Shown: positions 47,306-56,556 of the stretch, in pieces
How positions within the stretch are numbered: the first letter of the stretch is position 1
Layout: every line of letters begins with the position of its first letter
NCBI GenBank assembly: GCA_964392085.1
Contig: CAYMOV010000005.1
Span: forward strand, 5,343-69,342
Source of the DNA: an uncultured bacterium
GTDB taxonomy: Bacteria; Oederibacteriota; Muellerivitia; Muellerivitales; Muellerivitaceae
Direction of reading: 5' to 3'
DNA length: 64,000 nucleotides
Program-made: the position numbers and the translations under genes
Notes under the pieces: model-generated
The model's input: only the letters and a program-made list of their open reading frames with translations
Database searches by the model: none
Told to the model about the DNA's origin: nothing

Positions 47306-47350
47306 AAAAAAAGAACGGCGGGCCGGGGACCGTCCCCAACCCGCCGTTCC
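47306..47350 (-). terminator. Intrinsic terminator after DUF3494 gene 3
   Basis: GAACGGCGGG/CCCGCCGTTC stem, A-run. Confidence 0.75.
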
Positions 47351-47372
47351 CAAGAACCAGCATCCCAATCCC

Positions 47373-48350
47373 TTACGGGGTAGGCATGGTGATGGTGTTG
47401 GACAACATCGTGACCTGGGCGGTCATCGAGAAGGCCCGGCCGTTCAGGACGGCGCCCGTGTTGAAGGCGATCTGGGTGTAGGCCATGATCGTGCCGACGA
47501 ACGACGAGGTCGTATCGAACGCGCAGGAAGTACCCACCTGCCAGTAGACCTGGGAAGGCTTGGCGCCGTTGATCAAGAGCACCGATCGCGCCGAGGCGGC
47601 GCTGAGGGTGGTGGCGATCTGGAAGATGAAGACCGGATTGGCGGCGTTCTGGCCGTCCAGGACTAGGTCGGCCGAGGTGACTTCCAGCGAGCCGTTGGAC
47701 TGGTAAAGGCCCGGCGTGAGGGTCAAGCCCCCCAAATCGCCCGTGATCAGGGTGGGGTTGGTCCGCCCCGCCGCGTCGTTATAGGCGGTCGTCACGTCAC
47801 CTTGGGCTGTCGCCGCGGTGCCGTCCGTGATGTGCTCGACTCCACCGCAGCCGAAGAGGTACCCGGCGCCCTGCGAGGTTCCCGGCGAAAGTCCTAGGTC
47901 GCCGCAAATCGAGGTGGCGCCTGAGTTCGTCAGGGCCGCGTAGGCCAAAACGACGAAACCGGCCGCCGAATTCAGGTTGACCGGGGCTTGGGTCGCCTGG
48001 ATGGTGCCGGTCGAGGTGGGGGTAAAGGTCACCGTCGCGGTCTCGGTCGGGGTCGACGTCAACGTCGCGGTGGCCGTAACCGTCGGCGTGAAGCTGGCCG
48101 TCTTGGTCGGCGTCGCCGACAGGGTCGCGCTGGGCGTCGAGGTGGGGGTGGAGGTCGCGGAGGACGTCGCCGTGAACGTCCTGGTCGCGGTGGGCACCAA
48201 GGTGGAGGTGCGGGTGATGGTCGGGGTGGAGGTGGCGGTGTCCACCGGGGGAACCGGCGCCGCCGGGTTCGAATCCTTGTGCTTGCAGCCCACCATGACG
48301 GCGGCCGAAAGCGCCAGCACGACCATGAAACGTCCTAAGATCTTTTTCAC
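47373..48350 (-). CDS. DUF3494 ice-binding-family lipoprotein 3 (long Thr stalk)
   Basis: Lipobox MVGC; [27 protein letters not shown]. Confidence 0.92.
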   Translation of the reverse strand: MKKILGRFMVVLALSAAVMVGCKHKDSNPAAPVPPVDTATSTPTITRTSTLVPTATRTFTATSSATSTPTSTPSATLSATPTKTASFTPTVTATATLTSTPTETATVTFTPTSTGTIQATQAPVNLNSAAGFVVLAYAALTNSGATSICGDLGLSPGTSQGAGYLFGCGGVEHITDGTAATAQGDVTTAYNDAAGRTNPTLITGDLGGLTLTPGLYQSNGSLEVTSADLVLDGQNAANPVFIFQIATTLSAASARSVLLINGAKPSQVYWQVGTSCAFDTTSSFVGTIMAYTQIAFNTGAVLNGRAFSMTAQVTMLSNTITMPTP

Positions 48351-48408
48351 TTTCGCTTCTCCTGGTTGATTTTTTATCCGCGTCGTGCGAGCTGAGGGAA
48401 GGGGCTAA

Positions 48409-48424
48409 AGCAAGGACCGTGCCT
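48409..48424 (-). promoter_or_regulatory. Sigma-54 (-24/-12) promoter
   Basis: AGGCACGGTCCTTGCT; UAS-like GATCAAAACGAGAC at 48509-48522, 85 bp upstream. Confidence 0.8.
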
Positions 48425-48549
48425 CATTTCCACCGCCTTCCAAGTCCGTGAAACCGGCCGGATCTCCTTAAACCCCCCCCGGTGAATTACCCCGCGGGTT
48501 CCCTGGCGGATCAAAACGAGACGACTCATCCCAAGGTGATCCGGGTTCC

Positions 48550-49329
48550 TCAAGGGGCCGGTCGGGTGACTTGGTTGGTCTTGAAGGTCACCTGCTCGAT
48601 CTCCGACAGGGCCCGGCCCTCCAGATGGACGCCGGTGTCCAGGTTGATTTGCGTGTGGGCCATGATGGTCCCCACGAAGGATGTGCCGGTCGCGAGGGAA
48701 CAGGAACTGCCCACCTGCCAATAGACGTTCGTGGCCTTCGCGCCCCCGGCCAGATGGACCCGGCGGTTCGGCAGGGTGCTGAGGGTGGAGGCGATCTGGA
48801 AGATGAAGACGCCGTTGGGGTCGCCCTGGGCGTCCAGGGTCAAGTCCCCCGCGGAGATCTCCAGCGAGCTGGTGGATTTATAGAGCCCCGGATACAGGGT
48901 CTGGCCCGCCAAATCCCCCGCCACGAGGGCCGGATTTGTCCGCCCCCCCGCGTCCGTATAGGCCGCCGCGAGGTCCACCTTGGCGCCGGCCGCGGCGCTG
49001 TCGGTCACGTGGTACACGCCGCCGCAACCCACCACGGGCGCCCCCACCACCGCGCTTCCAGGGGACAGGCCGAGGTCGCCGCAGAGCGTGGTGGCTCCGG
49101 TGTTGGTGATGGTGGTGTAGGCCAGGGCCACGAAACTCGAGGCGGACAGGAGGTTGACCGGTGTCTGGGCCGCCTGGGGCGTCGCGGTATTCACGGGCGT
49201 CGGGCTGTTCGTCGGGGTTCCCACCGGGCCCCCCGGGCCCATGGGCGCCTGGTTATCGTGCTTACAACCGGCCAAAAAGGCGGCCGAGAGGAGCGCCGCC
49301 GAAGCCAAACCGACGATGAGTTTCTTCAT
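48550..49329 (-). CDS. DUF3494 ice-binding-family lipoprotein 4 (short stalk)
   Basis: MKKLIVG start, lipobox LAGC; LYPGLYK, VFIFQI, NVYWQVGSS. Confidence 0.92.
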   Translation of the reverse strand: MKKLIVGLASAALLSAAFLAGCKHDNQAPMGPGGPVGTPTNSPTPVNTATPQAAQTPVNLLSASSFVALAYTTITNTGATTLCGDLGLSPGSAVVGAPVVGCGGVYHVTDSAAAGAKVDLAAAYTDAGGRTNPALVAGDLAGQTLYPGLYKSTSSLEISAGDLTLDAQGDPNGVFIFQIASTLSTLPNRRVHLAGGAKATNVYWQVGSSCSLATGTSFVGTIMAHTQINLDTGVHLEGRALSEIEQVTFKTNQVTRPAP

Positions 49330-49457
49330 CTTGATTCTCCCCTTGCCGTTGAGGGACCTGGATCCCAAAAGGAAACCCGCGTTCGGGGATCCCCGCCCAC
49401 GGGTTCCGTCAAGCCGGACGCGATTCCAAACGGATGCCCCGCTCCGCCCCCAACCCA

Positions 49458-50240
49458 TCAGGGCGCGGGCTTGGTGATCGTGTTGGACAGCAAGGTCACC
49501 TGCTCGATTTGCGACAGGGCCCGGCCTTCCAGCACAACGCCCGTGTTGAGCGTGATCTGGTTGTGGGCCATGATCGTGCCCTTGAAGGACGTGGTGGTGT
49601 CCAGGTTGCATTGGCTGCCCACCTGCCAGAACACGTTGGCGGCCTTCGCGCCGCCGGCCAGGATCACCGCGCGGCCCGGGGTGGTGGTGAGGGTGGAGGC
49701 GACCTGGAAGATGAAGACGCCGTTGGGGTTGCCCTGCGCGTCCAGGGTCAGGTCACCCGACGAGACCTCCAGCGAGCCGCTCGACTTATAGAGGCCCGGA
49801 TAGAGCGTCCTGCCGCCCAGGTTGCCGGCCACGAGGGCCGGGGTGGTCCTTCCCGCGGCGTCGTTATAGGCGGTGGTGAGGTCGCCTTGGGCGACCCCCG
49901 CTGCGGTGTCGGTGATGTGCGCGACGCCCCCGCAGGCGAGGACGTACCCACCGCCCCCGGCGGAGCCCGGCGAAAGGCCGACGTCCCCGCAAAGGGTCGA
50001 GGGGCCGCTGTTGGTGATCTGGGTGTAGGCCAGCACCACGAAGCTCGCGGCCGAATTAAGGTTGACCGCCGCTTGGGCGGCCTGGGGCGTCGCCGTGGGC
50101 CCCGGGGTGAAGGTCCGGGTCGGTGTGGCCGCCGGGGGGCCCGATGGCGCGGCCGGGCTGGAGTCCTGATGCTTGCAACCCACCGCGATCAACGCCGGCA
50201 AGAGCGCCAGCAGGAAAAAACCGGTCAGTTTCTTTTTCAA
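49458..50240 (-). CDS. DUF3494 ice-binding-family lipoprotein 5 (short stalk)
   Basis: TTG start with GGAG RBS, lipobox AVGC; LYPGLYK, NVFWQVGS. Confidence 0.9.
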   Translation of the reverse strand: MKKKLTGFFLLALLPALIAVGCKHQDSSPAAPSGPPAATPTRTFTPGPTATPQAAQAAVNLNSAASFVVLAYTQITNSGPSTLCGDVGLSPGSAGGGGYVLACGGVAHITDTAAGVAQGDLTTAYNDAAGRTTPALVAGNLGGRTLYPGLYKSSGSLEVSSGDLTLDAQGNPNGVFIFQVASTLTTTPGRAVILAGGAKAANVFWQVGSQCNLDTTTSFKGTIMAHNQITLNTGVVLEGRALSQIEQVTLLSNTITKPAP

Positions 50241-50328
50241 TTTCTCGTCTCCCGGACTGCGTTTTGCCGCACCCAAAATGGACTCCAGCTTGTCCCAAGG
50301 CCGACGGCCCGTCCCAGCGCGGACACGG

Positions 50329-50811
50329 TCAATCCGCGGCTTGGCCGTGCGCTTCCACGAACCACAATTGCTTGTCCACCGACCTCGAGATCTCCGTGAG
50401 GATGTCCGCGGTGTCGGCGTCATTCATCTCGACGGCCTGGGCCAGGGTCGTCCCGAGGGACTCCCCGTAAAAGGCCAGGGCGTGGGACAGGGCCGCCACG
50501 TGCTCCTTGCCGCTGGAGATCGTCACGGGATAGACGGGCAGGCTGGACTTGCGGTCCACCGGTCCCCGGGTCCCCACGGCGGTGCCGCCCAGCTGGACGA
50601 TGCGCTCCGCGATCAGGTCCACGTAACCCTCGGACGCCTCGGCGATCTTGTCGAACAGCTCGTGCAGGGACATGAAGCTGGGCCCCTTGACGTTCCAATG
50701 GGCCTGTTTGGCCTGGAGCGACAGGTCGATCGAGTCCACCAGCCGTTCCTGCAGGTCGGTGGCCATCTGGACCCGGACCTTCTCGGGGAGGCTGTTCTTG
50801 GTCGGATGCAC
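50329..50811 (-). CDS. dps: DNA starvation/stationary-phase protection protein Dps
   Basis: KQAHWNVKGP, LHELFD, DLIAERIVQLGG, DKQLWFVEAH. Confidence 0.95.
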   Translation of the reverse strand: MHPTKNSLPEKVRVQMATDLQERLVDSIDLSLQAKQAHWNVKGPSFMSLHELFDKIAEASEGYVDLIAERIVQLGGTAVGTRGPVDRKSSLPVYPVTISSGKEHVAALSHALAFYGESLGTTLAQAVEMNDADTADILTEISRSVDKQLWFVEAHGQAAD

Positions 50812-50836
50812 GTTTTTTCTCCTTGGCCGAGGGGAC

Positions 50837-51118
50837 TTAGCCCTCGAACACCAGCTCCATGTTGTTTTTGGGCGCGCCGCAGGAAGGGCAGGGGCCCAAG
50901 ACCCAATGGTTCCGGGTCCTCAGTTCCCCGCAACCCAGGCACTTCCACTGCAGTTCAGCCCGGTCGGCGATGCCGCCGTGCCCATAATCCCCGTCGAATG
51001 ACCCGAGCTCGGTGAAGGGCGATCCGACGGCCCTTTTACGGCGGGCGGGATCCGAGGCTTCGACCGTCCAGGGCGAAGGGGTTAAAACCGGTTTCTGAGG
51101 GTGGGCCTTAGACCGCAT
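50837..51118 (-). CDS. Rubredoxin-like/zinc-ribbon protein
   Basis: WKCLGCG..PCPSCGAPK; TGATG overlap with SOD stop. Confidence 0.7.
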   Translation of the reverse strand: MRSKAHPQKPVLTPSPWTVEASDPARRKRAVGSPFTELGSFDGDYGHGGIADRAELQWKCLGCGELRTRNHWVLGPCPSCGAPKNNMELVFEG

Positions 51119-51696
51119 CAACTCGCCTCCGCAAAGCGTTTTTCAACGACCGTCCAATTGACCGCGTTCATGAACGCCTCGATGTAGCCCTTCCGGTCGG
51201 ACCCGTAATCCGCGGCGTAGGCGTGCTCGAAGACGTCGTTGACCAGGAGAGCGACGGAGTAGTAAAGGATCCCAACGTCGTGCTCGTTGACCCACAGGTT
51301 GAAGAGGTTCTTCCCCTCCGGGTCCCAGGCTAGGACCGCCCACCCGATTCCCCGCATGGCGGAAACCGCCCGGAAGTCCTTTTCCCAGGCGGCGAACGAC
51401 CCGAAGGACTTGAGGATCTGGGCCGCCAACAGCGACTTGGGGTCCGGGTCCGTGGAACGCTTGGAGAGGTTGCCGAAATAGGCCTCGTGCAGCCTCATGC
51501 CGTTGAACTCCCAGGCGAAGCGGCGCTTCATGTCCGCGAACTCAGGGGTCTCATCGTCCGATTTCGCGATCGAGAGGATCAACCGGTTGATGTTGTGGAC
51601 ATAGGCCTCATAGAGCCGGAAATGGGCGTTCAGCATGAGGTCGCTGAAACCCTTGGTCCCCAACAACCGGTCGAAGTTTTTAGCGAGGTAGGCCAT
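51118..51696 (-). CDS. Fe/Mn superoxide dismutase family protein
   Basis: HFRLY, NGMRLHEAYF, FGSFAAW, GIGW, DVFEHAY. Confidence 0.9.
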   Translation of the reverse strand: MAYLAKNFDRLLGTKGFSDLMLNAHFRLYEAYVHNINRLILSIAKSDDETPEFADMKRRFAWEFNGMRLHEAYFGNLSKRSTDPDPKSLLAAQILKSFGSFAAWEKDFRAVSAMRGIGWAVLAWDPEGKNLFNLWVNEHDVGILYYSVALLVNDVFEHAYAADYGSDRKGYIEAFMNAVNWTVVEKRFAEAS

Positions 51697-51792
51697 CGGT
51701 CACCGCCTTCCCGACCCGCGGGAAAGCCGCGGTTCGGACTCAGGGGGGTCCGGGGCGGCTCCCCGAGGGACGCCGCCCGTTCCTCCCATCGA

Positions 51793-52368
51793 TTAGAGGA
51801 TCGAGAATCCCACCATCAAGGTGAAGGTGCCGTTCTTGATCTTCTGGTTGTCGTTCACGTCCAAAAGCCCGATCTCGTAACGGGCGCTGACCAGGAACTT
51901 GGTGATCGCCACCTGCCCGCCCAGGACCAGCCCGACGTCGGACTTCTTGACGTCGATCACGCCATGGCTCGCCACGTTGGAGTTGAAGGCGGGCCCCGCC
52001 AGGATTCCCGGGTTGAAGCTGTTGTTCCCCAGGCAGATCTCCAGGAGCACCGGCACTTCCACGTAGTCCATCTGGTAATCGTTGCCGTTGATCTTGCCGC
52101 CCTTCTGGGCGTAGAGGAGTTCCGGCTGGATCGCCAGGCTGGAGGTGATGTGGAAGTTCGCGAAGGCGCCCCCCACGAACCCCAGGCGCGACGTATAGAC
52201 CTGGTTGGCGTTCGAACCGTGGAGGTTCGCGACGTTGATCCCGCCCTCCAAACCGAGGAGGGGTGAGCCGACGCTCGACGTTGAGCTCGACCCGTCCGCG
52301 CCCATCGCGGCCGAACCGCCCATCAGGAGGAGCAACAGGCAACCGGCTAATCTTGAGGTCTTTTTCAC
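51793..52368 (-). CDS. Porin-family outer-membrane beta-barrel protein (PorT-like)
   Basis: Signal peptide; GGINVA, IQPELLYAQKG, YVEVPVLL, ARYEIGL. Confidence 0.8.
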   Translation of the reverse strand: MKKTSRLAGCLLLLLMGGSAAMGADGSSSTSSVGSPLLGLEGGINVANLHGSNANQVYTSRLGFVGGAFANFHITSSLAIQPELLYAQKGGKINGNDYQMDYVEVPVLLEICLGNNSFNPGILAGPAFNSNVASHGVIDVKKSDVGLVLGGQVAITKFLVSARYEIGLLDVNDNQKIKNGTFTLMVGFSIL

Positions 52369-52437
52369 TTTGGCTTCTTTCTGAGGCGTTTATTTTTCCG
52401 ACCAACCGGCGGCACGGCTTGAAACCAGGCCCGATTT

Positions 52438-52947
52438 TCAGAAGTAGTAATGGGCCCCCAGTTCGCCGTAGATCTTGAAGTCCGTCACGCTGTTCGTGAG
52501 GAACCAAAGGGTCGGGACGGCCTGGAGGTAGAGGTCGATGGGGGCGGTGCTCCGGTCGAAGATGTAGGAGATCCCCAGGGGAATCCGCCCGGCGAAAGCG
52601 GTCGGGTCCGAGAACTGGACGTTCCCTCCCAAACCGATATAGAGGGGCAACTGGCCCTTGGTGTCCTCCATGTGGATGATCCCGAAGGTGTGCCAAAGGT
52701 AATCCACTTGGGCGGTCGCCGAGTCCCCCGCGGAGAACTTCATGGCGAACTGGAAGGCGGTCCGGTGGCTCGTCCAGAGCTTCGCCGTCGCGCCCCAATC
52801 CCCGGGCCCTCCGACCTCCAAGCCCAGGCCGAAATTCCCGCCGTGGATGACGTGGCCGTTCGACTCCGCCTTGACGATCTTCACTTGCGAAACCAAACCG
52901 GCCGCCAGCAAGACGGCCACCAATGTTTTCTTGACGTTCGTGGACAT
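52438..52947 (-). CDS. Outer-membrane beta-barrel protein (DUF3996-like)
   Basis: Signal peptide; FGLGLEVG, DYLWH, LYIGLG, RIPLGISY, C-terminal aromatic (HYYF). Confidence 0.75.
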   Translation of the reverse strand: MSTNVKKTLVAVLLAAGLVSQVKIVKAESNGHVIHGGNFGLGLEVGGPGDWGATAKLWTSHRTAFQFAMKFSAGDSATAQVDYLWHTFGIIHMEDTKGQLPLYIGLGGNVQFSDPTAFAGRIPLGISYIFDRSTAPIDLYLQAVPTLWFLTNSVTDFKIYGELGAHYYF

Positions 52948-53065
52948 GCAAACCCCATTTCAGTCGGTTGGACGAAATCCGCCGATGGGCTTCCCCATTC
53001 GGTCAGGTTCCGGAAGGTGCGAAGAAACATCACGGGTCCGCGTAAGGGGACCCGGAACGCCCCGT

Positions 53066-53461
53066 TCAGGGGGTGGTGGCATGGGCCGCGGCCGGGACGG
53101 CGGCGGCCGGGACCTGGGCCTTCACGCCGGTTCCCTCGGTGGGGTACCCCGCGTCCGCCCATTCCTGGGTCCCGCCCAGGTAGTCATCGGCCTTGAAGCC
53201 CCGCTTTTGCAGGGCCAAGGCCGCCGCCGGACCCGCCTTGCAGGTCAGTCCGGCGCAATAAGTGATGAGGAACCGGTCTTTCCCGAACCGCTTCTCGACC
53301 GCGTGGGCGAATTCGTCCACGCTGGTCCCGAAGGGGATGTTTTCCGAGCCCGTGATATGGCGCATCTCAAACTCGCCCTCGGGCAGGACGTTCAGGACCA
53401 CGACGTTCTTATTCTTCATCTTGGCCAACACGCTTTGCTTGGTCATCGGCATCTTCGTCAC
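53066..53461 (-). CDS. Rhodanese-like domain protein
   Basis: HITGSENIP, YCAGLTC, YLGGTQEWADAGYP. Confidence 0.85.
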   Translation of the reverse strand: MTKMPMTKQSVLAKMKNKNVVVLNVLPEGEFEMRHITGSENIPFGTSVDEFAHAVEKRFGKDRFLITYCAGLTCKAGPAAALALQKRGFKADDYLGGTQEWADAGYPTEGTGVKAQVPAAAVPAAAHATTP

Positions 53462-53492
53462 CTCGGGAGGCGTTCGTTATGGGGAGTGCTAA

Positions 53493-53508
53493 AGCAAGTT
53501 CCATACCG
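53493..53508 (-). promoter_or_regulatory. Sigma-54 promoter heading the rhodanese-OMP-SOD-Dps run
   Basis: CGGTATGGAACTTGCT, GG-N10-GC. Confidence 0.6.
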
Positions 53509-53605
53509 ACCCCTCATCGCCCAAAAACAGTCCTACCCAACCGCGCCCTTATAGGAACGGGAACCCGGGGCGGGGAAAGGGCATCGACCGGGCCGGGAAA
53601 CGGGC

Positions 53606-53640
53606 GATCAATGTGATCGTCTGGAGGCCTCAATTTGATT
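53606..53640. promoter_or_regulatory. Paired UAS-like palindromes between divergent sigma-54 promoters
   Basis: GATCA-ATG-TGATC and CCTCA-ATT-TGATT, 22 bp apart. Confidence 0.6.
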
Positions 53641-53699
53641 CCCGGCGCCCACCCCAACGCCGAACAGCCCCAAGGGCCTGGTTCTTTCCCGCGACGCCA

Positions 53700-53715
53700 T
53701 GGCCCGCTTCTTGCT
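53700..53715 (+). promoter_or_regulatory. Sigma-54 promoter
   Basis: TGGCCCGCTTCTTGCT, 45 bp before ATG 53761. Confidence 0.75.
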
Positions 53716-53760
53716 CTCGGGGTCGGTGCGGTCCTTTCCAGAAATAAAACAGGAGTCCCC

Positions 53761-54036
53761 ATGTACGAAAATCACGGTTTCCACAATTTGCTCTGGTTCC
53801 TGGTCGTCGGCGGAGCCGCCGGTTGGTTGGCGAGCCTCTTGGTCCAAGGCGGCGGGATGGGGATCGTGGCGGACATCGCCGTGGGGATCCTGGGGGCGTT
53901 CCTGGGCGGTTGGTTGATCGACTTCTTCAACCTCAACGTCTGGGGCTTCTGGGGATCATTCTGCATGTGGGTCTTGGGCGCCGCGATCCTGCTGGTGGTG
54001 TTTAGGGCCCTCTCGGGCAAACGCGCAACCCGGTAA
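53761..54036 (+). CDS. GlsB/YeaQ/YmgE family stress membrane protein
   Basis: GGAAGWLAS..GMGIVADIAVGILGAFLGG; AGGAG RBS. Confidence 0.9.
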   Translation: MYENHGFHNLLWFLVVGGAAGWLASLLVQGGGMGIVADIAVGILGAFLGGWLIDFFNLNVWGFWGSFCMWVLGAAILLVVFRALSGKRATR

Positions 54037-54116
54037 CCAGACGCCCGCTCGACGGGCCGGCGAATTCGGCCGACCCTTCTCATCCATGGGACCCATGACC
54101 CGAACGAAGGAATGAA

Positions 54117-55193
54117 ATGGCCACGACCATCCAGGAAGAGCCTAAAATCGCCGTGATGAAGGCCTTGGTCTACCACGGACCCAATCGTCGGGCGTGGGAA
54201 GACAAGCCGAAACCGTCGGTCCGGGAAACGACGGACGCCTTGGTGCGGATCACCACCACGACCATCTGCGGCACCGACCTCCACATCATCAAGGGCGAGG
54301 TGCCCACCGTACAGGCCGGGCGGATCTTGGGCCATGAGGGCGTCGGCGTCGTGGAGGCCCTCGGGTCCGCCGTGACCGGTTTCACCGTGGGTGACCGGGT
54401 CCTCATCTCCTGCGTCTCGTCCTGCGGCAAATGCGACACCTGCAAGCGGGGCATGCCTTCCCATTGCCGGGACGGCGGTTGGATCCTGGGCAACACCATC
54501 GACGGCACCCAGGCCCAATACGTCCGGGTCCCCCACGCCGACAACAGCCTTTACCATTCCCCGGCGGGCATCGACGAGGACGCCCTGGTGATGATGTCCG
54601 ACATCTTCCCCACGGGTTTCGAGTGCGGGACCCTCAGCGGCCAGGTGAAACCCGGGGACTCGGTGGCCATCGTGGGCGCCGGCCCCATCGGCCTGGCGGC
54701 CCTATTGACGAGCCAGTTCTTCTCACCGGCCAAGCTGATCGTGATCGACCAGGACCCGAACCGGCTCAAGGTGGCCCTGTCCTTTGGGGCGACCCACGTC
54801 GTCAACTTCAAGACCGAGAAGGCCGTGGAGAAGGTCCGATCCCTGACCAAGGGCGAGGGCGTGGACGTGGCCATCGAGGCCGTGGGTTCCCCCGGGTCCT
54901 TCGAGACCTGCCAAAACATCGTGGCCCCGGGCGGGCGGATCGCGAATATCGGGGTCCACGGCAGATCGGTGGAATTGCACCTGGAAAAGCTCTGGAGCAT
55001 GAACCTGACCCTCACCACCCGGTTGGTGGATACGACGAGCATCCCCCTGCTGTTGAAGGTGCACCAGTCCGGCAAGTTGGACGCCAAGCGGATGAGCACC
55101 CACAAGTTCGCGCTGTCCGACATCCTGAAGGCCTACGACACCTTCGGGAACGCCGCTCAGGAAAACGCCTTGAAGGTGCTTTTGAAGGCCTGA
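54117..55193 (+). CDS. Zinc-dependent alcohol dehydrogenase family protein
   Basis: ICGTDLH, GHEGVG, CGKCDTC..C, SDIFPTGFE, GAGPIG. Confidence 0.95.
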   Translation: MATTIQEEPKIAVMKALVYHGPNRRAWEDKPKPSVRETTDALVRITTTTICGTDLHIIKGEVPTVQAGRILGHEGVGVVEALGSAVTGFTVGDRVLISCVSSCGKCDTCKRGMPSHCRDGGWILGNTIDGTQAQYVRVPHADNSLYHSPAGIDEDALVMMSDIFPTGFECGTLSGQVKPGDSVAIVGAGPIGLAALLTSQFFSPAKLIVIDQDPNRLKVALSFGATHVVNFKTEKAVEKVRSLTKGEGVDVAIEAVGSPGSFETCQNIVAPGGRIANIGVHGRSVELHLEKLWSMNLTLTTRLVDTTSIPLLLKVHQSGKLDAKRMSTHKFALSDILKAYDTFGNAAQENALKVLLKA

Positions 55194-55209
55194 GGCGGGC
55201 GGAAGGTTA

Positions 55210-55620
55210 CCGGGCTCCGTCGGGACGTCCGGATTCCCGGGTTTATTGACGATTCAGCCGCTTTTTAGGTCCCCGCCCCCTACAACGTCAAAACAATGCC
55301 CTTGTAGGGGCTCGATCCATCGAACCCACAGGCGCCATGACTCGGGTTCACGTTTTTACGCCGAGGCTTGCCGGCGCCCCCCCGAAATCCGCGCGTCAAT
55401 CCCGGTCTGCGGAAGTCGGGCAAAAGCGGCTGAACCGCCACAGGTTTATTTTGCGCGACTATTTTCGGTCAAGCCATTTTTGGGCCAGGATGAATAACGG
55501 GTTCAGGATTCCACGGATAAGCGGCCGACGGGGGACCTGGCTTCGGGTTCCCGGGGCTGGGCGGGAGACGGTTAGGTCGCCGTCGTCGCCCAGGCGGCGT
55601 TTCCCGTTCCGGGAGCCCGG
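55210..55620. repeat. Nested inverted-repeat element containing a GTAG-REP doublet
   Basis: TTCAGCCGCTTTT/AAAAGCGGCTGAA; CCCCTACAA/TTGTAGGGG; CCGGGCTCC/GGAGCCCGG. Confidence 0.55.
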
Positions 55621-55631
55621 TCCAGGGGTGG

Positions 55632-56321
55632 TCATTCCGCCAACCGCCGCTTCAGCCCCTCGAGGTTGAGCACCGTGAAACGGCCCCGGCCGGCGGCGAT
55701 CAACCCCGACTCCTCGAAACGGAGGAAGGTCCGGATGCAGGTTTCCTCGGTGGTGCCCGCCATCTCCGCGACGGCCTTGCGGGTCATGGGAACCCTGGGA
55801 CCGTACTCCCGCGCCATTTCGATGATCACGTGGATCACGCGTTTCTCGACCGTCTCCCGGGAAAAGACATGCCGGTTCCTCATGGCGCGCAGGAGGTTCG
55901 ACATACGGGAGACCATGCCCCAGGCCATCTCGGGGCATTTTCCCATGAGGAACTTGAACCGCAGGATCGGGAAGGAGACCGCCACGGCGTCGGTTTCCGC
56001 CAGGCAGTAACAGCCGTATTCGCCGCCGTTGAAGGACGCGGTCCCGAACATCCCCCCCACCCCGATGAGTCCGAGGGTCAAGTCCCGTCCCTCCACCGTG
56101 TGGAGCCCCTCCTTCACGTAACCCTCCTTGACGAACCAGATGGAGGCCGCCTCGTCATCCTCCTGGAAGAGGGAATCCCCCTCGGCGTATTTGCGCTCGA
56201 TCCCCCCGTCCTCGACTTCCCGGAAAGCCCAAGCCGGCAGGCTTCTGAAGACCTCCATGGCGGAGAGGAGGTTCCTTGAGGCGGACGGGACGGCCCCGAG
56301 CCTGGGTTTCGTCGTGGGCAT
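55632..56321 (-). CDS. Crp/Fnr family transcriptional regulator
   Basis: cNMP-like domain (LFQEDD, VKEGYVK) and HTH (MTRKAVAEMAGTTEETCIR). Confidence 0.9.
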   Translation of the reverse strand: MPTTKPRLGAVPSASRNLLSAMEVFRSLPAWAFREVEDGGIERKYAEGDSLFQEDDEAASIWFVKEGYVKEGLHTVEGRDLTLGLIGVGGMFGTASFNGGEYGCYCLAETDAVAVSFPILRFKFLMGKCPEMAWGMVSRMSNLLRAMRNRHVFSRETVEKRVIHVIIEMAREYGPRVPMTRKAVAEMAGTTEETCIRTFLRFEESGLIAAGRGRFTVLNLEGLKRRLAE

Positions 56322-56443
56322 AATGCCTTCTTTCGGGCAGAGTGATCGCCTTGACAGGTTACCCCCCGCGGGCCCGGTGGGTATCTTTAATTAATGATTT
56401 AAGTCGGGTCGGGTCACGCGGTCCGCGCGCCCAACACCGGCGC

Positions 56444-56477
56444 GATCAATTTGAGACCCGCGAAAATCATTTTGATT
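56444..56477. promoter_or_regulatory. Paired UAS-like palindromes
   Basis: GATCA-ATT-TGAGAC and AATCA-TTT-TGATT, 21 bp apart. Confidence 0.6.
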
Positions 56478-56556
56478 ATTTTCGGCGGGTCCGCGGGATC
56501 GAACGCCCCATTCGGGGCCGCGCGCACCATTCCCGAGGGGAATCCAGTTCCCCTTG

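Noticed and set aside
55247-55540. 6S RNA or SRP RNA call
   Set aside because: Only superficial terminal pairing; diagnostic motifs not verifiable without a covariance search
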